Shown here piece after piece: positions 40,987 to 49,341 of a DNA stretch of 64,000 bases. Positions within the stretch are counted from its first letter, which is position 1. Every line of letters starts with the position of its first letter. A program made the translations under genes and the position numbers. The notes under the pieces were generated by a model that saw only the letters and a list, made by a program, of their open reading frames with translations, had not been told where the DNA came from and searched no databases. Source of the stretch: Verrucomicrobiota bacterium (GTDB lineage: Bacteria; Verrucomicrobiota; Verrucomicrobiia; Limisphaerales; CANJSG01); assembly GCA_043744715.1 (NCBI GenBank), contig JAYTUE010000214.1, forward strand, positions 41,332 through 105,331, read 5' to 3'.

Positions 40987-41741
40987 GCGGACTGGGGCTT
41001 GATGGCGAGACGGCCGGTGTAGTCGAGCCGGCTCAGGAACGGACGCGGTTTTAGCGTGGCAAAGTATTCGTCGACCGCGCGCTTCGCGCCTTCCCAATGG
41101 CCGTAGTCGTCGATGATGAGCGGACCGCCCGGCGCCAGCAGCGGATACAGGTGCCGGAGCTCGTGGGCGGTGGATTCATACCAGTCGGTATCGAGACGGA
41201 GCAGGGCGATCTTTCCGGGAAGCGTCTTGGGAATGGAGTCCTCCACCTTGCCTTTGACGAAGTGCATGCGTTCCACCGGATAGCCGGTCAACAGCATGTT
41301 CTTACGGACGAACTCCACGCCGGCGTAGCACCAGTAGTTTTCCACACCCTCCTGCCTGTCGGCCTCGTTCAGGACCGCCGCCGCCTTCGTGCCGTCGAAC
41401 ATGACATCCGCCTCGGTCGGGGCCGACATCCCTTCGAAGGTGTCATAGAGGTAGAGTTCGCGACTCGTATCCCCGAGATCCTTCAAGAGCTTGGCGGCGA
41501 TCATCATGCTGCCGCCGCGCCAGACACCGCATTCGACGATGGCGCCCGGGATGCCGTTTTCGTGGACGTAACGGACTGAATCCAACATCCCGAGATTGCG
41601 GCCTAGGCTGGCGGCGGTGTGCGGCTTGGCCAATTCAATCGTCGTCGCCTCCTCCGGCCTGAGTCCCGTGCTCATGCGGACGATCTCAAATCCACGCTTG
41701 TTGAAGAACCGCTGAACGATCGGCTTGATGTGGTCTAGCAT
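40983..41741 (-). CDS. TylF/MycF-family (macrocin-type) O-methyltransferase
   Basis: 252 aa. Motifs GAIVECGVWRGGS, LYLYDTFEGM, IALLRLDTDWYEST, LIIDDYGHWEGAKRAVDEYF. Confidence 0.8.
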   Translation of the reverse strand: MLDHIKPIVQRFFNKRGFEIVRMSTGLRPEEATTIELAKPHTAASLGRNLGMLDSVRYVHENGIPGAIVECGVWRGGSMMIAAKLLKDLGDTSRELYLYDTFEGMSAPTEADVMFDGTKAAAVLNEADRQEGVENYWCYAGVEFVRKNMLLTGYPVERMHFVKGKVEDSIPKTLPGKIALLRLDTDWYESTAHELRHLYPLLAPGGPLIIDDYGHWEGAKRAVDEYFATLKPRPFLSRLDYTGRLAIKPQSA

Positions 41742-41754
41742 CAGAAAGTCTTTC

Positions 41755-42624
41755 TCAGGGCTTTGGGGTCACTTTGAACCGCACCCGGTTTCGCAGGCTT
41801 TGCCGGTGGAGAAGCGTCAGGCCGTTCTTCGCGACATTGAAGACGCGGGCAAGGCCGGGAAGCACCCGGGAAAGGGCGCTTCGATCCGGCTGGTAGACCA
41901 CCTCCGGCTTTGTGCCGGGTTCCCAGCGGGGCGTGTAGTCGCTCTGCTGCGGAGCGGAGGCAAACATCGGAACAAGCTTTGTTCGGCGGGCTTCAACCCA
42001 AAGCTGAAGCGGCAGCGTCGTCACCACTTCGACTCGTTGGCGGATCTTCTCCGGATCGGAAACCTCATACCAACGGCCATAGGGACCAACAATGTGAGCC
42101 ACCATCCGGTCGACGACAAAGCCGTTGGGCTCCGAGAAGGCCCGGAAAAACAGCTCGGGGCTGAACTGGTAGAAGCCGTGGCCGCACCAGTTGTTGGTGG
42201 TGGTATGCATCATCACGTGCCCGCCCACGCGGACCATCTCCATGCTGTTCTTGAGGGCCTGCGGGAAGTTGAAGATGTGCTCGAGGGTTCCGCCGTCGTA
42301 GACGAGGTCGAACTTCTCCCGGAGCTCGGGTCCGATCGGCTGGTTCAGGTCGTGGACGTGCTCGGCTCCTTCGAACGACGAGGCGTCCATCGACTGCACG
42401 TTCGTCGCGCCCAACGCCCGGAAGACGGGCTCGGCGTAGCGCACCTTGGCCGGATCATTGGAAAGGAACTCGTCGGCCGGAAGGCCGTGTTTCCGGAGTT
42501 CCTTCACCATCGCGGCCGGGTAGACGTTGAGATCCTGGCGGCCAAGCATGAGGACATCTCGGTGGCGCACGCCCCGCTGGTGCGCGGCGATGAGTAAACG
42601 GACGGCGTTGATGTCGAGTCCCAT
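41755..42624 (-). CDS. Class I SAM-dependent methyltransferase-like protein
   Basis: 289 aa. VLMLGRQDL...VQSMDAS...FDLVYDGGTLEHIFN...VGGHVMMHT. Confidence 0.55.
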   Translation of the reverse strand: MGLDINAVRLLIAAHQRGVRHRDVLMLGRQDLNVYPAAMVKELRKHGLPADEFLSNDPAKVRYAEPVFRALGATNVQSMDASSFEGAEHVHDLNQPIGPELREKFDLVYDGGTLEHIFNFPQALKNSMEMVRVGGHVMMHTTTNNWCGHGFYQFSPELFFRAFSEPNGFVVDRMVAHIVGPYGRWYEVSDPEKIRQRVEVVTTLPLQLWVEARRTKLVPMFASAPQQSDYTPRWEPGTKPEVVYQPDRSALSRVLPGLARVFNVAKNGLTLLHRQSLRNRVRFKVTPKP

Positions 42625-42630
42625 GGCGGA

Positions 42631-43377
42631 TCAGGTCTTGGCCTTGGTCGCGCGGACGAGCAGCAGGTGGCCGCGCCGGGGCATCAGGCCTTCGAGCGGT
42701 TTGCCGAGCCACTTCGGGAAAGGCATCAGGCCGTAGGAAGAGACCTGCACGTCGGCGAAGCCGATCCTCTGGAAAAGCTCCTGCGCCTGGAGCACGCCGA
42801 GCGCGCGGACGTGGCCGGTCACGCCGGCGAAGGCGGGATGCGTCACCGGCACGTCTTCGCTGACGTGTTCCTGGTAGTGCAGCCCGAGCGGGTTGCCGAG
42901 ATACCAGCCGCAGCAGCGCATCAGGGTGAACGGCGTGTAGCCGAAGGCCATCGCGCCGAGATTGAGGAAGCTCGTGAGGTTCTCGGACGTGATCAACGCG
43001 GTGCCGCCGGGCTTGAGCACGCGGTGGATCTCCTGGGCGAAGAGGCGGGTGTTGTGCAGGTGCTCGATGACCTGCGAGCAGTGGACCACGTCGAAGCTTT
43101 CATTGGCGAAGGGCCACTCGCCATTCAGGTCGACATCGAAGGTCTTGATGCCCCGGGCTTCGGCCTTTTCGCGGAGCGGCGGCGAGGCTTCGATGCCCTG
43201 GAAGATCTCGGGCTGGTGTTTGAGATACTTGCCGAGGAACGCGCCGTCCGCGCAGCCGACGTCGAGCAGCGCGCGGGGACGGAGCTCCGCCGTCTGCTGG
43301 CCGCTCCAGTCGTTGCAACGCTGGCAGGCGTCCAGATACGCGGTGCTGACCATCCGTTGGAGCAGGCGAACGAACAT
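42631..43377 (-). CDS. Class I SAM-dependent methyltransferase (Methyltransf_11-like)
   Basis: 248 aa. Motif I LLDVGCADGAFL. Post-I and later motifs FDVVHCSQVIEHL, LKPGGTALITSEN. Confidence 0.8.
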   Translation of the reverse strand: MFVRLLQRMVSTAYLDACQRCNDWSGQQTAELRPRALLDVGCADGAFLGKYLKHQPEIFQGIEASPPLREKAEARGIKTFDVDLNGEWPFANESFDVVHCSQVIEHLHNTRLFAQEIHRVLKPGGTALITSENLTSFLNLGAMAFGYTPFTLMRCCGWYLGNPLGLHYQEHVSEDVPVTHPAFAGVTGHVRALGVLQAQELFQRIGFADVQVSSYGLMPFPKWLGKPLEGLMPRRGHLLLVRATKAKT

Positions 43378-43715
43378 TTAGGAAATCCGACGACCCGAAC
43401 AGGCACGATGGGGTCACCGGAAAAGCTGGCGGACGCTAGGGAATCCCGGAAGGCCCTGTCCAGCCATTCCCCGGATCACCGCGGGGCAAAGCCTTGAAAA
43501 GACGAATGAACGCAGCTGGACGTAAACCGGGCCTGACCGCGTCGATCTTGGAAAAATGGAACCCCCGGATCACGCGAAAGACACTGAGAATCCAAGGCAA
43601 AGGATGCCTTCCTTGAAGGCGAGGCGCACCGCAGTCCGACGGTCGGCCATAGTGATCCTCCATGCTCGTAGCGGAAGAACACCGACTGGCCGGGCGCGGA
43701 CGCCCGGCCTACGTC

Positions 43716-43994
43716 CTATCGCGTCGCTTCAACGAGCGGAACCGTCAGGCGGAACTTGCCGGATCGTTCGGCGAGCACTTGAGCGACCTGCTCCAAGGCG
43801 ATGCCGCTCTCCGGTCCCAGGAGGCCATTCAACTCATCCTGAAGTTTGGCCAAGCGGGCGGAGGCCGGACCCGGGCCGTCCGGGATGTAACGGAGCCGGA
43901 AATGGTCGCCGGATTCATCCGAGAGCCGTTCCACGTAGTCGCCGATGCGGTAGCGGACCAACGGCATGACGTCGTTGGACAGCGTCGTGACCAT
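43716..43994 (-). pseudogene. C-terminal remnant of a PaaK/CapK-type adenylate-forming ligase
   Basis: The 92-aa ORF begins VTTLSNDVMPLVRYRIGDYV, the conserved late block of phenylacetate-CoA ligase / F390 synthetase-like enzymes. The ~300 N-terminal residues are absent, and the upstream reading frame is unrelated. Confidence 0.5.
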
Positions 43995-44071
43995 GAGCTG
44001 GGCCGGAGGCGTTGGTGCTCGTCTTCCATCAGCAGATGGCCGGTCTCAGTCGAGCGGTTCGGCGGTGCCGT

Positions 44072-44110
44072 GAAAATGAAAAAGGCCCGCCGGACCAGCC
44101 GGGCGGGCCT
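44072..44110 (-). terminator. Rho-independent terminator after the hydroxylase gene
   Basis: AGGCCCGCCGG-accag-CCGGGCGGGCCT (one bulge), followed on the minus strand by TTTTCATTTTC. Confidence 0.6.
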
Positions 44111-44126
44111 GTGAAACGGAATGGGG

Positions 44127-44720
44127 TCAGGCGGAGACGAGCCCGCCTTCGCGCGGCTGGACGTTGGGAACGGCGGGTCCGATGGCCTGGGCGAACTTCG
44201 CCTTGGAGCGCAGGATCAGCGTGCCCAGCAGCAGGTCGGCCAGCGGCAGGACCACGTTGAAGTTCTTGTGCATGTAGCGGTGGTGGAGCAGGTGGTGGCC
44301 GTTCAGCCGGAAGAAGATTCCCGACCGCTCGATGGAGCGTTTCTTGGGCAGGTGCATGCACCAGTGGATGTATTCGTAGACGCCGTAATAGGAGGCGAAG
44401 GCGATGCCGGCCCCGAGCAGCAGCCACCAGTGGCCGATGAAGGCGCAGAGGGTGACGAAGGGCAGCATGCAGGTGGCGACGAGCACGGGGCCGTTCCACC
44501 ACGCCATGGGGATGGTCTTCTTGTCCTTCTCGTTGATCAGGTGGTAGGTGTGGTCCGCCTTGAAGGTCTGATGATGGACGACCGCATGGGCCTGGAAGGC
44601 GTAGTCGAACTTCCCGACCGGGCGGTGCATGAAGAACTTGTGGAGAGTCCACTCGTAGAACGAGGCGAACACGATGGCCGAACCAAAACCGGCTGCGGCC
44701 CAAAATAGGATTTCTTGCAT
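44127..44720 (-). CDS. Fatty acid hydroxylase / sterol desaturase-superfamily membrane protein
   Basis: 197 aa. Histidine boxes HKFFMH, HAVVHH, HWCMH, HHLLHH with TM segments between them. Confidence 0.75.
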   Translation of the reverse strand: MQEILFWAAAGFGSAIVFASFYEWTLHKFFMHRPVGKFDYAFQAHAVVHHQTFKADHTYHLINEKDKKTIPMAWWNGPVLVATCMLPFVTLCAFIGHWWLLLGAGIAFASYYGVYEYIHWCMHLPKKRSIERSGIFFRLNGHHLLHHRYMHKNFNVVLPLADLLLGTLILRSKAKFAQAIGPAVPNVQPREGGLVSA

Positions 44721-44958
44721 CTGTGGTTTTCTAAAACCCGGCGACAGACGCCGGGCACAAGGCTGGAACTTGGCTCACATCGCCCTCGCGAGAAAGCGAT
44801 TTTTTGGTGCTCTAGGACCCTTTTTAGGCGTCCTTCTTCTGTCCTGAAGGGGACCAAAACAAGGTGTGCCCGAGCCGGGTCAATTTCCCGGGAAAGTTCG
44901 GATCAATCCTGTCCACGCTGAAGCGGCCAGCAGTCCGGGTTTCGCCACGTCCTAGCCG

Positions 44959-45756
44959 TCAGTTGCGCCGGAAGACCTTGGCCGGGGTCGCCTGGTCGGT
45001 GGGGAGGATCAGCACCTCGTCGATGCACACATGCGGCGGCCTGCTGGCCATGAAGACCAGGGTCTCGGCGATGTCTGCCCCGCTCAACGGGGTCATGCCC
45101 TTGTAGACGTTCTTCGCCTTGTCCCCGTCGCCCTTGAACCGCACCAACGCGAACTCCGTCTCGGCCAGCCCGGGATCAAGCGTGCCCACACGGATGCCCG
45201 TGCCCAACAGCTCCATCCGGAGCGCGCGGGTGATCTGGAGTTCCCCCGCCTTCACCGCGCAATAGGCCGCGCCGCCCTCGTAGGCGATGCGTCCGGCGAC
45301 GGACCCGATGTTGAGGATCGATCCGCCCGGAGCCTGGATGAGGGGCACGAAGGCCCGGCACATCCGGAGGACACCGAGGAGATTGGACTGCACCATGGCT
45401 TCCCAATCCTCGTCACGGGCCTGGACGACATGCTCCGCGCCGTGGGCCCCGCCCGCATTGTTGATCAGGGCGTGAATCGCCCGGCCGGAATCCTCGGCGC
45501 TGGCGGAAAGGATGCCTCTGGCCCACTCGGCAAATACCTTCACCGACGCCGTGCTTCCGACGTCGACGACGTGCGCGACCGCCTCGGGCGCGCCCAGCTT
45601 CCGGCATTCCGCCGCAACGGCCTCGATCCGATCCAGCCTCCTCGCGCCCAGAAACAGGCGGCAACCCTCGGCCGCGAAGGCCCGCGCCGCCGCCGCTCCG
45701 AAGCCGGAGGACGCGCCCGTGATCAGGATCCATTTCCCACCAAGTCGTGATGCCAT
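44959..45756 (-). CDS. Short-chain dehydrogenase/reductase
   Basis: 265 aa. ILITGASSGFGAAAA, NNAG, and catalytic YCAVK. Confidence 0.85.
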   Translation of the reverse strand: MASRLGGKWILITGASSGFGAAAARAFAAEGCRLFLGARRLDRIEAVAAECRKLGAPEAVAHVVDVGSTASVKVFAEWARGILSASAEDSGRAIHALINNAGGAHGAEHVVQARDEDWEAMVQSNLLGVLRMCRAFVPLIQAPGGSILNIGSVAGRIAYEGGAAYCAVKAGELQITRALRMELLGTGIRVGTLDPGLAETEFALVRFKGDGDKAKNVYKGMTPLSGADIAETLVFMASRPPHVCIDEVLILPTDQATPAKVFRRN

Positions 45757-45844
45757 GCGGCGAGGCTAGAACGGACCTCAGGCGCCAGTCATCGCCAATC
45801 CCGCCCGCTTGAATTGCTCCCGCCCGCCCCGGACACTCCCCCCA

Positions 45845-46927
45845 GTGCACCTTGCCCGGCTCAGACTCCGTGACTTCCGCAACTACGCGCGCCTCGACGC
45901 CGCGTTCGCGCCGGGCTTCCACCTCCTCCTCGGCGATAACGCCCAGGGCAAGACCAACATCCTCGAAGCCATCTACCTGCTCGCCACTCTCCGTTCGTTC
46001 CGCGGCGTGGGCGGCGCGCAGATGATCCGGCACGGGCAGAAGGGCTACTTCGTCGGCGCCCAGGTCGTCGGGCAGGGCACGCACGAGGCGAAGCTCTACT
46101 GGTCCTCCTCCGAACGGCAGCTCTCCCTCGACGGCCAGCCCGTCCAACGCCTCGCCGGCTTCCTCGGCACGCTCCGCGCCGTCGTCTTCTGCACCGAGGA
46201 TCTCCAGCTCGTGAAAGGCACCGCCCGGATGCGCCGCCGTTTCCTCGACCTGCTCCTGTCGCAGACCCATTCCCACTACCTCCCGCTCCTCCAGCGCTAC
46301 GCCGCCGCCGTCCGCTCGCGCAACGTCCTGCTCAAGCACCGCCCCGTCGACGAAGCCGCCCTCGAAAGCTTCTCCCGCGAAGTCGTCTCCGCCGGCGAAA
46401 AGCTCGTGGCTTTCCGCCAGGAACTGTTGCCCAAGATCTCGCCTCTCGCCCGCCTCGCCTGCCGGCGCATCACGAGTGACGCCGAGGAACTGCGCCTCGA
46501 ATACCAGCCGTCGTTCCAGGGCGACTTCGCCGTGGCCCTCGCCAAGGCCCGCCCGCGCGAACTCGCCTTCCGCACCACGCTCATCGGGCCGCACCGCGAC
46601 GAACTCAGCCTCCTGCTCAACGACCAGCCCGCCGCCAAGTTCGCCAGCGAAGGCCAGAAGCGTTCCATCGCCCTCGCGCTCAAGATGGCCCAGGCCGAGT
46701 TCCTCACCGGCATCCACGGCTCGCCGCCCGTGCTCCTCATCGACGACGTCATGGGCGAACTCGACGCACGACGCCGGAAGGGTTTCCTACCCATCCTCGA
46801 ACGCGCCCACCACGCCCGCAGCCAGGTCTTCATGACCTGCACCGAGGAGAACTGGCCCCGCGACCTCGGCCTCGAAATGAACCGCTGGCAGGTGGAGAAG
46901 GGGGCGATCGCCCTCTCCACAACATAG
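45845..46927 (+). CDS. recF: DNA replication and repair protein RecF
   Basis: ORF 45809..46927; GTG 45845 (VHLARLRLRDFRNY) fits the usual RecF N-terminus. Walker A GDNAQGKTN. Signature SEGQKRS. Walker B LLIDDV. Confidence 0.85.
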   Translation: MHLARLRLRDFRNYARLDAAFAPGFHLLLGDNAQGKTNILEAIYLLATLRSFRGVGGAQMIRHGQKGYFVGAQVVGQGTHEAKLYWSSSERQLSLDGQPVQRLAGFLGTLRAVVFCTEDLQLVKGTARMRRRFLDLLLSQTHSHYLPLLQRYAAAVRSRNVLLKHRPVDEAALESFSREVVSAGEKLVAFRQELLPKISPLARLACRRITSDAEELRLEYQPSFQGDFAVALAKARPRELAFRTTLIGPHRDELSLLLNDQPAAKFASEGQKRSIALALKMAQAEFLTGIHGSPPVLLIDDVMGELDARRRKGFLPILERAHHARSQVFMTCTEENWPRDLGLEMNRWQVEKGAIALSTT

Positions 46928-47018
46928 CAGGGCCTAGTTCTCCCGACTGATGCATTTGTGGGAACCCTGTCTCAGCTCAGGCTTGTATTCGCGAGAGCCG
47001 ATCACTCGATAAAAAAAA

Positions 47019-47197
47019 TTCCTCGCTGTTTTCAGTGGGTAACCATGCGTCTTGCGGCTCCGAGTTGCTCTGGACTGCACGACCGCGTTCTCCCTCACCC
47101 CGGCCCTCTCCCAGCGGGAGAGGGCCGGGGTGAGGGAGAACGGCCAGCCAACCACGGGCGCGAACGGCCCCACCAACCCACTGAAAACAGCGAGGAA
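47019..47197. mobile_element. 179-bp MITE-like element with 22-bp perfect terminal inverted repeats and a perfect 25-bp central palindrome
   Basis: TTCCTCGCTGTTTTCAGTGGGT (47019-47040) and its exact reverse complement (47176-47197). The centre is TTCTCCCTCACCCCGGCCCTCTCCC-agc-GGGAGAGGGCCGGGGTGAGGGAGAA (47088-47140). Confidence 0.6.
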
Positions 47198-47210
47198 CCC
47201 ATTTTCTCGT

Positions 47211-47371
47211 GAGTTCTTAAGGGGACATTTCTAAGAGCCTGTCTGAAAAACCGCCCGGTCAGGGGACCGGGCCTACAGGGAAAACGGCAAACCTTCGGTT
47301 TATTGTAGGCCGTGTGCCCTCACACGGCGCCGCGGCGGAATTCTCAGACGGGCTCTAAAGAGTTTTGACAC
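47211..47371. repeat. Family-F repeat arm interrupted by another element
   Basis: GAGTTCTTAAGGGGACATTTCTAAGAG ... CTCTAAAGAGTTTTGACAC together equal the reverse complement of 13987-14022, split between CTTTAG and AAATG. Confidence 0.7.
47238..47352. mobile_element. ~115-bp MITE-like insertion nested in the family-F repeat
   Basis: Ends CCTGTCTGA / TCAGACGGG match 8 of 9 as an inverted repeat. It is flanked by TCTAAGAG / TCTAAAGAG, which looks like a target duplication. Internal hairpins GCCCGGTC/GACCGGGC and GGCCTACAG/TTGTAGGCC. Confidence 0.5.
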
Positions 47372-47455
47372 GCGCCGATGCCGATCAGCCGCTACGTTCC
47401 GTCAAACGAGGAGACGCCGCTTTCGGTCGTTGTCGAAAGTCCGTAGGTTCGCCCG

Positions 47456-48307
47456 GTGACCGTTCTTGAAGCCATCCAGCTGGGCTGCGCCCGTTTGGAA
47501 GACGCGGGCGTGGAATCGCCGCGTCTGAACGCGGAATTCCTCGTCGGCGACGTGCTTCAGATCCACCGGCTGTCGCTCTATCTGGATTCGCGCCGCGAAC
47601 TGACTGCGGAACAAACCGTCGCGATGGAAGAGCGCCTGCATCGCCGCGAAACCCGCGAACCGCTCCAGCACATCCTCGGAACGGCCGAGTTTTTTGGACG
47701 CCCATTCCGGGTCAGCCGCCACGTGCTCGTGCCCCGGCCCGAGACGGAGTTGCTGGCGGAATGGGCCCTGCAAACGATCGCCGCCTCGTCCGTCGAAGCG
47801 CCACGCCTCCTCGACTTTGGCACCGGCAGCGGCTGCCTCGCCATCACGCTGGCCTTGGAGCGAAGCGCCGCGTCCGTTCATGCGGTCGATATTTCGGCGG
47901 AGGCGCTGGCTGTGGCGAAGGGCAACGCGGCCATCCTCGGGGCCGACGTGGCCTTCCACTTGGGCGACGGTTTTGCGGCCTTGCCGAATGGTCTGAGCTT
48001 CGACGGCATCGTGAGCAACCCGCCCTATATCCCGTCGTCGGACATGGCCGGTTTGGAGCCCGAAGTCCGGGACCATGATCCACGCCTCGCGCTGGATGGC
48101 GGGGAGGACGGGCTCGGCTTCTATCGCCGTCTGGCTGCGGACGCGCCGCGCTTTCTGAAGGTCGGCGGTTGGCTGGCCGTGGAGTTTGGCGACGGCCAGG
48201 CAGCCGATCTCCTCAAGATCTTCGGCCATCGTCCGTGGTCCGGAGCAGAGGTCCGCAAGGACGACACGGGACGTGAACGCATGCTGCGGGTCTTCTGCAC
48301 CGCGTAG
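47456..48307 (+). CDS. prmC: Peptide chain release factor N5-glutamine methyltransferase
   Basis: 283 aa, GTG start. EPLQHILG, LDFGTGSGCLAI, and the catalytic IVSNPPYIP. Confidence 0.85.
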   Translation: MTVLEAIQLGCARLEDAGVESPRLNAEFLVGDVLQIHRLSLYLDSRRELTAEQTVAMEERLHRRETREPLQHILGTAEFFGRPFRVSRHVLVPRPETELLAEWALQTIAASSVEAPRLLDFGTGSGCLAITLALERSAASVHAVDISAEALAVAKGNAAILGADVAFHLGDGFAALPNGLSFDGIVSNPPYIPSSDMAGLEPEVRDHDPRLALDGGEDGLGFYRRLAADAPRFLKVGGWLAVEFGDGQAADLLKIFGHRPWSGAEVRKDDTGRERMLRVFCTA

Positions 48308-48411
48308 GCCCAGCGGCCGGGCCGAAAAGGAGTTCGGCGGTTCGCGGACGCAAAAGGATTTGTGCATTGTCCCGCCCCCGTCTACCCCTTGCGCGTCGAA
48401 CCACGTCTGAC

Positions 48412-49341
48412 ATGAGCGCATCCCCTCCCTCCTTCGCCGTCAACCTGGTCAACGTCACCAAACGCTTCGGAACTCAGGTGGCCGTGAACGACCTCTCACT
48501 CCAGGTCCCCACCGGTTCGATCTACGGCTTCATCGGTCCCAACGGCTCCGGCAAGACCACGACGATCCGGATGATCCTGCACATCTTCCTCGCGGACTCC
48601 GGCACCGTCGAAGTGTTGGGCCGGCAGGGCACGCGTTCGGCCAACGACGACATCGGCTATCTCCCGGAGGAACGCGGCCTCTACAAGAAGATGACCGTCC
48701 GCCGCATGCTCCTCTACTACGCCGCGCTCAAGGGCGTGGGCGAGAAGGTGGCCGGCCCTGAAGTGGACCGCTGGCTCGAACGCATGGAACTGACGCCTTG
48801 GGCGAAGAAGAACGTGGAAGCCCTTTCAAAGGGCATGGCCCAGAAGGTGCAGTTCATCTCCTCCGTCTTGTCCAAGCCCAGGCTGCTCATCCTCGACGAA
48901 CCGTTCTCGGGCCTTGATCCCGTCAATCTCGAGGTCCTCCGCAGTGCCATTCTCGACGTCCGGCAGCAGGGCACGACGGTGATCTTCTCCACGCATAACA
49001 TGACCACGGCGGAGGAGATGTGCGACTACATCTTCATGATCTACCGGGGCAACAAGGTGCTCGACGGCACGCTCGCCAGCATCCGCGCCACCTACGGCGA
49101 GGACACGATCCGGCTACGCGTCCAAGGCGGACGGGCCGCACTCGAAGGAGTGGCCGGCGTCGAGGTCACCCGTGACTTCGGCCAGCACCTTGAGATCCGC
49201 AATCCGGGCGATCCACAGGCCCTGCTCCAGCGGATCGCGGCGAAGGCCCGGGTGGAACTCTTCGAGGTCACCACGCCCTCGCTCCACGACATCTTCGTCC
49301 GTATCGCCCGGCCCGAAACCAAGGAGGTCGCCCATGCGTAA
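48412..49341 (+). CDS. ABC transporter ATP-binding protein (ABC-2/NatA-like)
   Basis: ORF 48367..49341; start taken at MSASPPSF. Walker A GPNGSGKTT. Signature LSKGMAQKV. Walker B LLILDEP. Confidence 0.85.
   Translation: MSASPPSFAVNLVNVTKRFGTQVAVNDLSLQVPTGSIYGFIGPNGSGKTTTIRMILHIFLADSGTVEVLGRQGTRSANDDIGYLPEERGLYKKMTVRRMLLYYAALKGVGEKVAGPEVDRWLERMELTPWAKKNVEALSKGMAQKVQFISSVLSKPRLLILDEPFSGLDPVNLEVLRSAILDVRQQGTTVIFSTHNMTTAEEMCDYIFMIYRGNKVLDGTLASIRATYGEDTIRLRVQGGRAALEGVAGVEVTRDFGQHLEIRNPGDPQALLQRIAAKARVELFEVTTPSLHDIFVRIARPETKEVAHA

Noticed and set aside
46934-47234. ORFs encoding ..LTPALSRWERAGVRE.. / ..LPHPGPLPAGEGRGEGE.. between recF and prmC.
   Set aside because: They are read-throughs of a perfect DNA palindrome on both strands inside a MITE-like element. 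They are not protein-coding.
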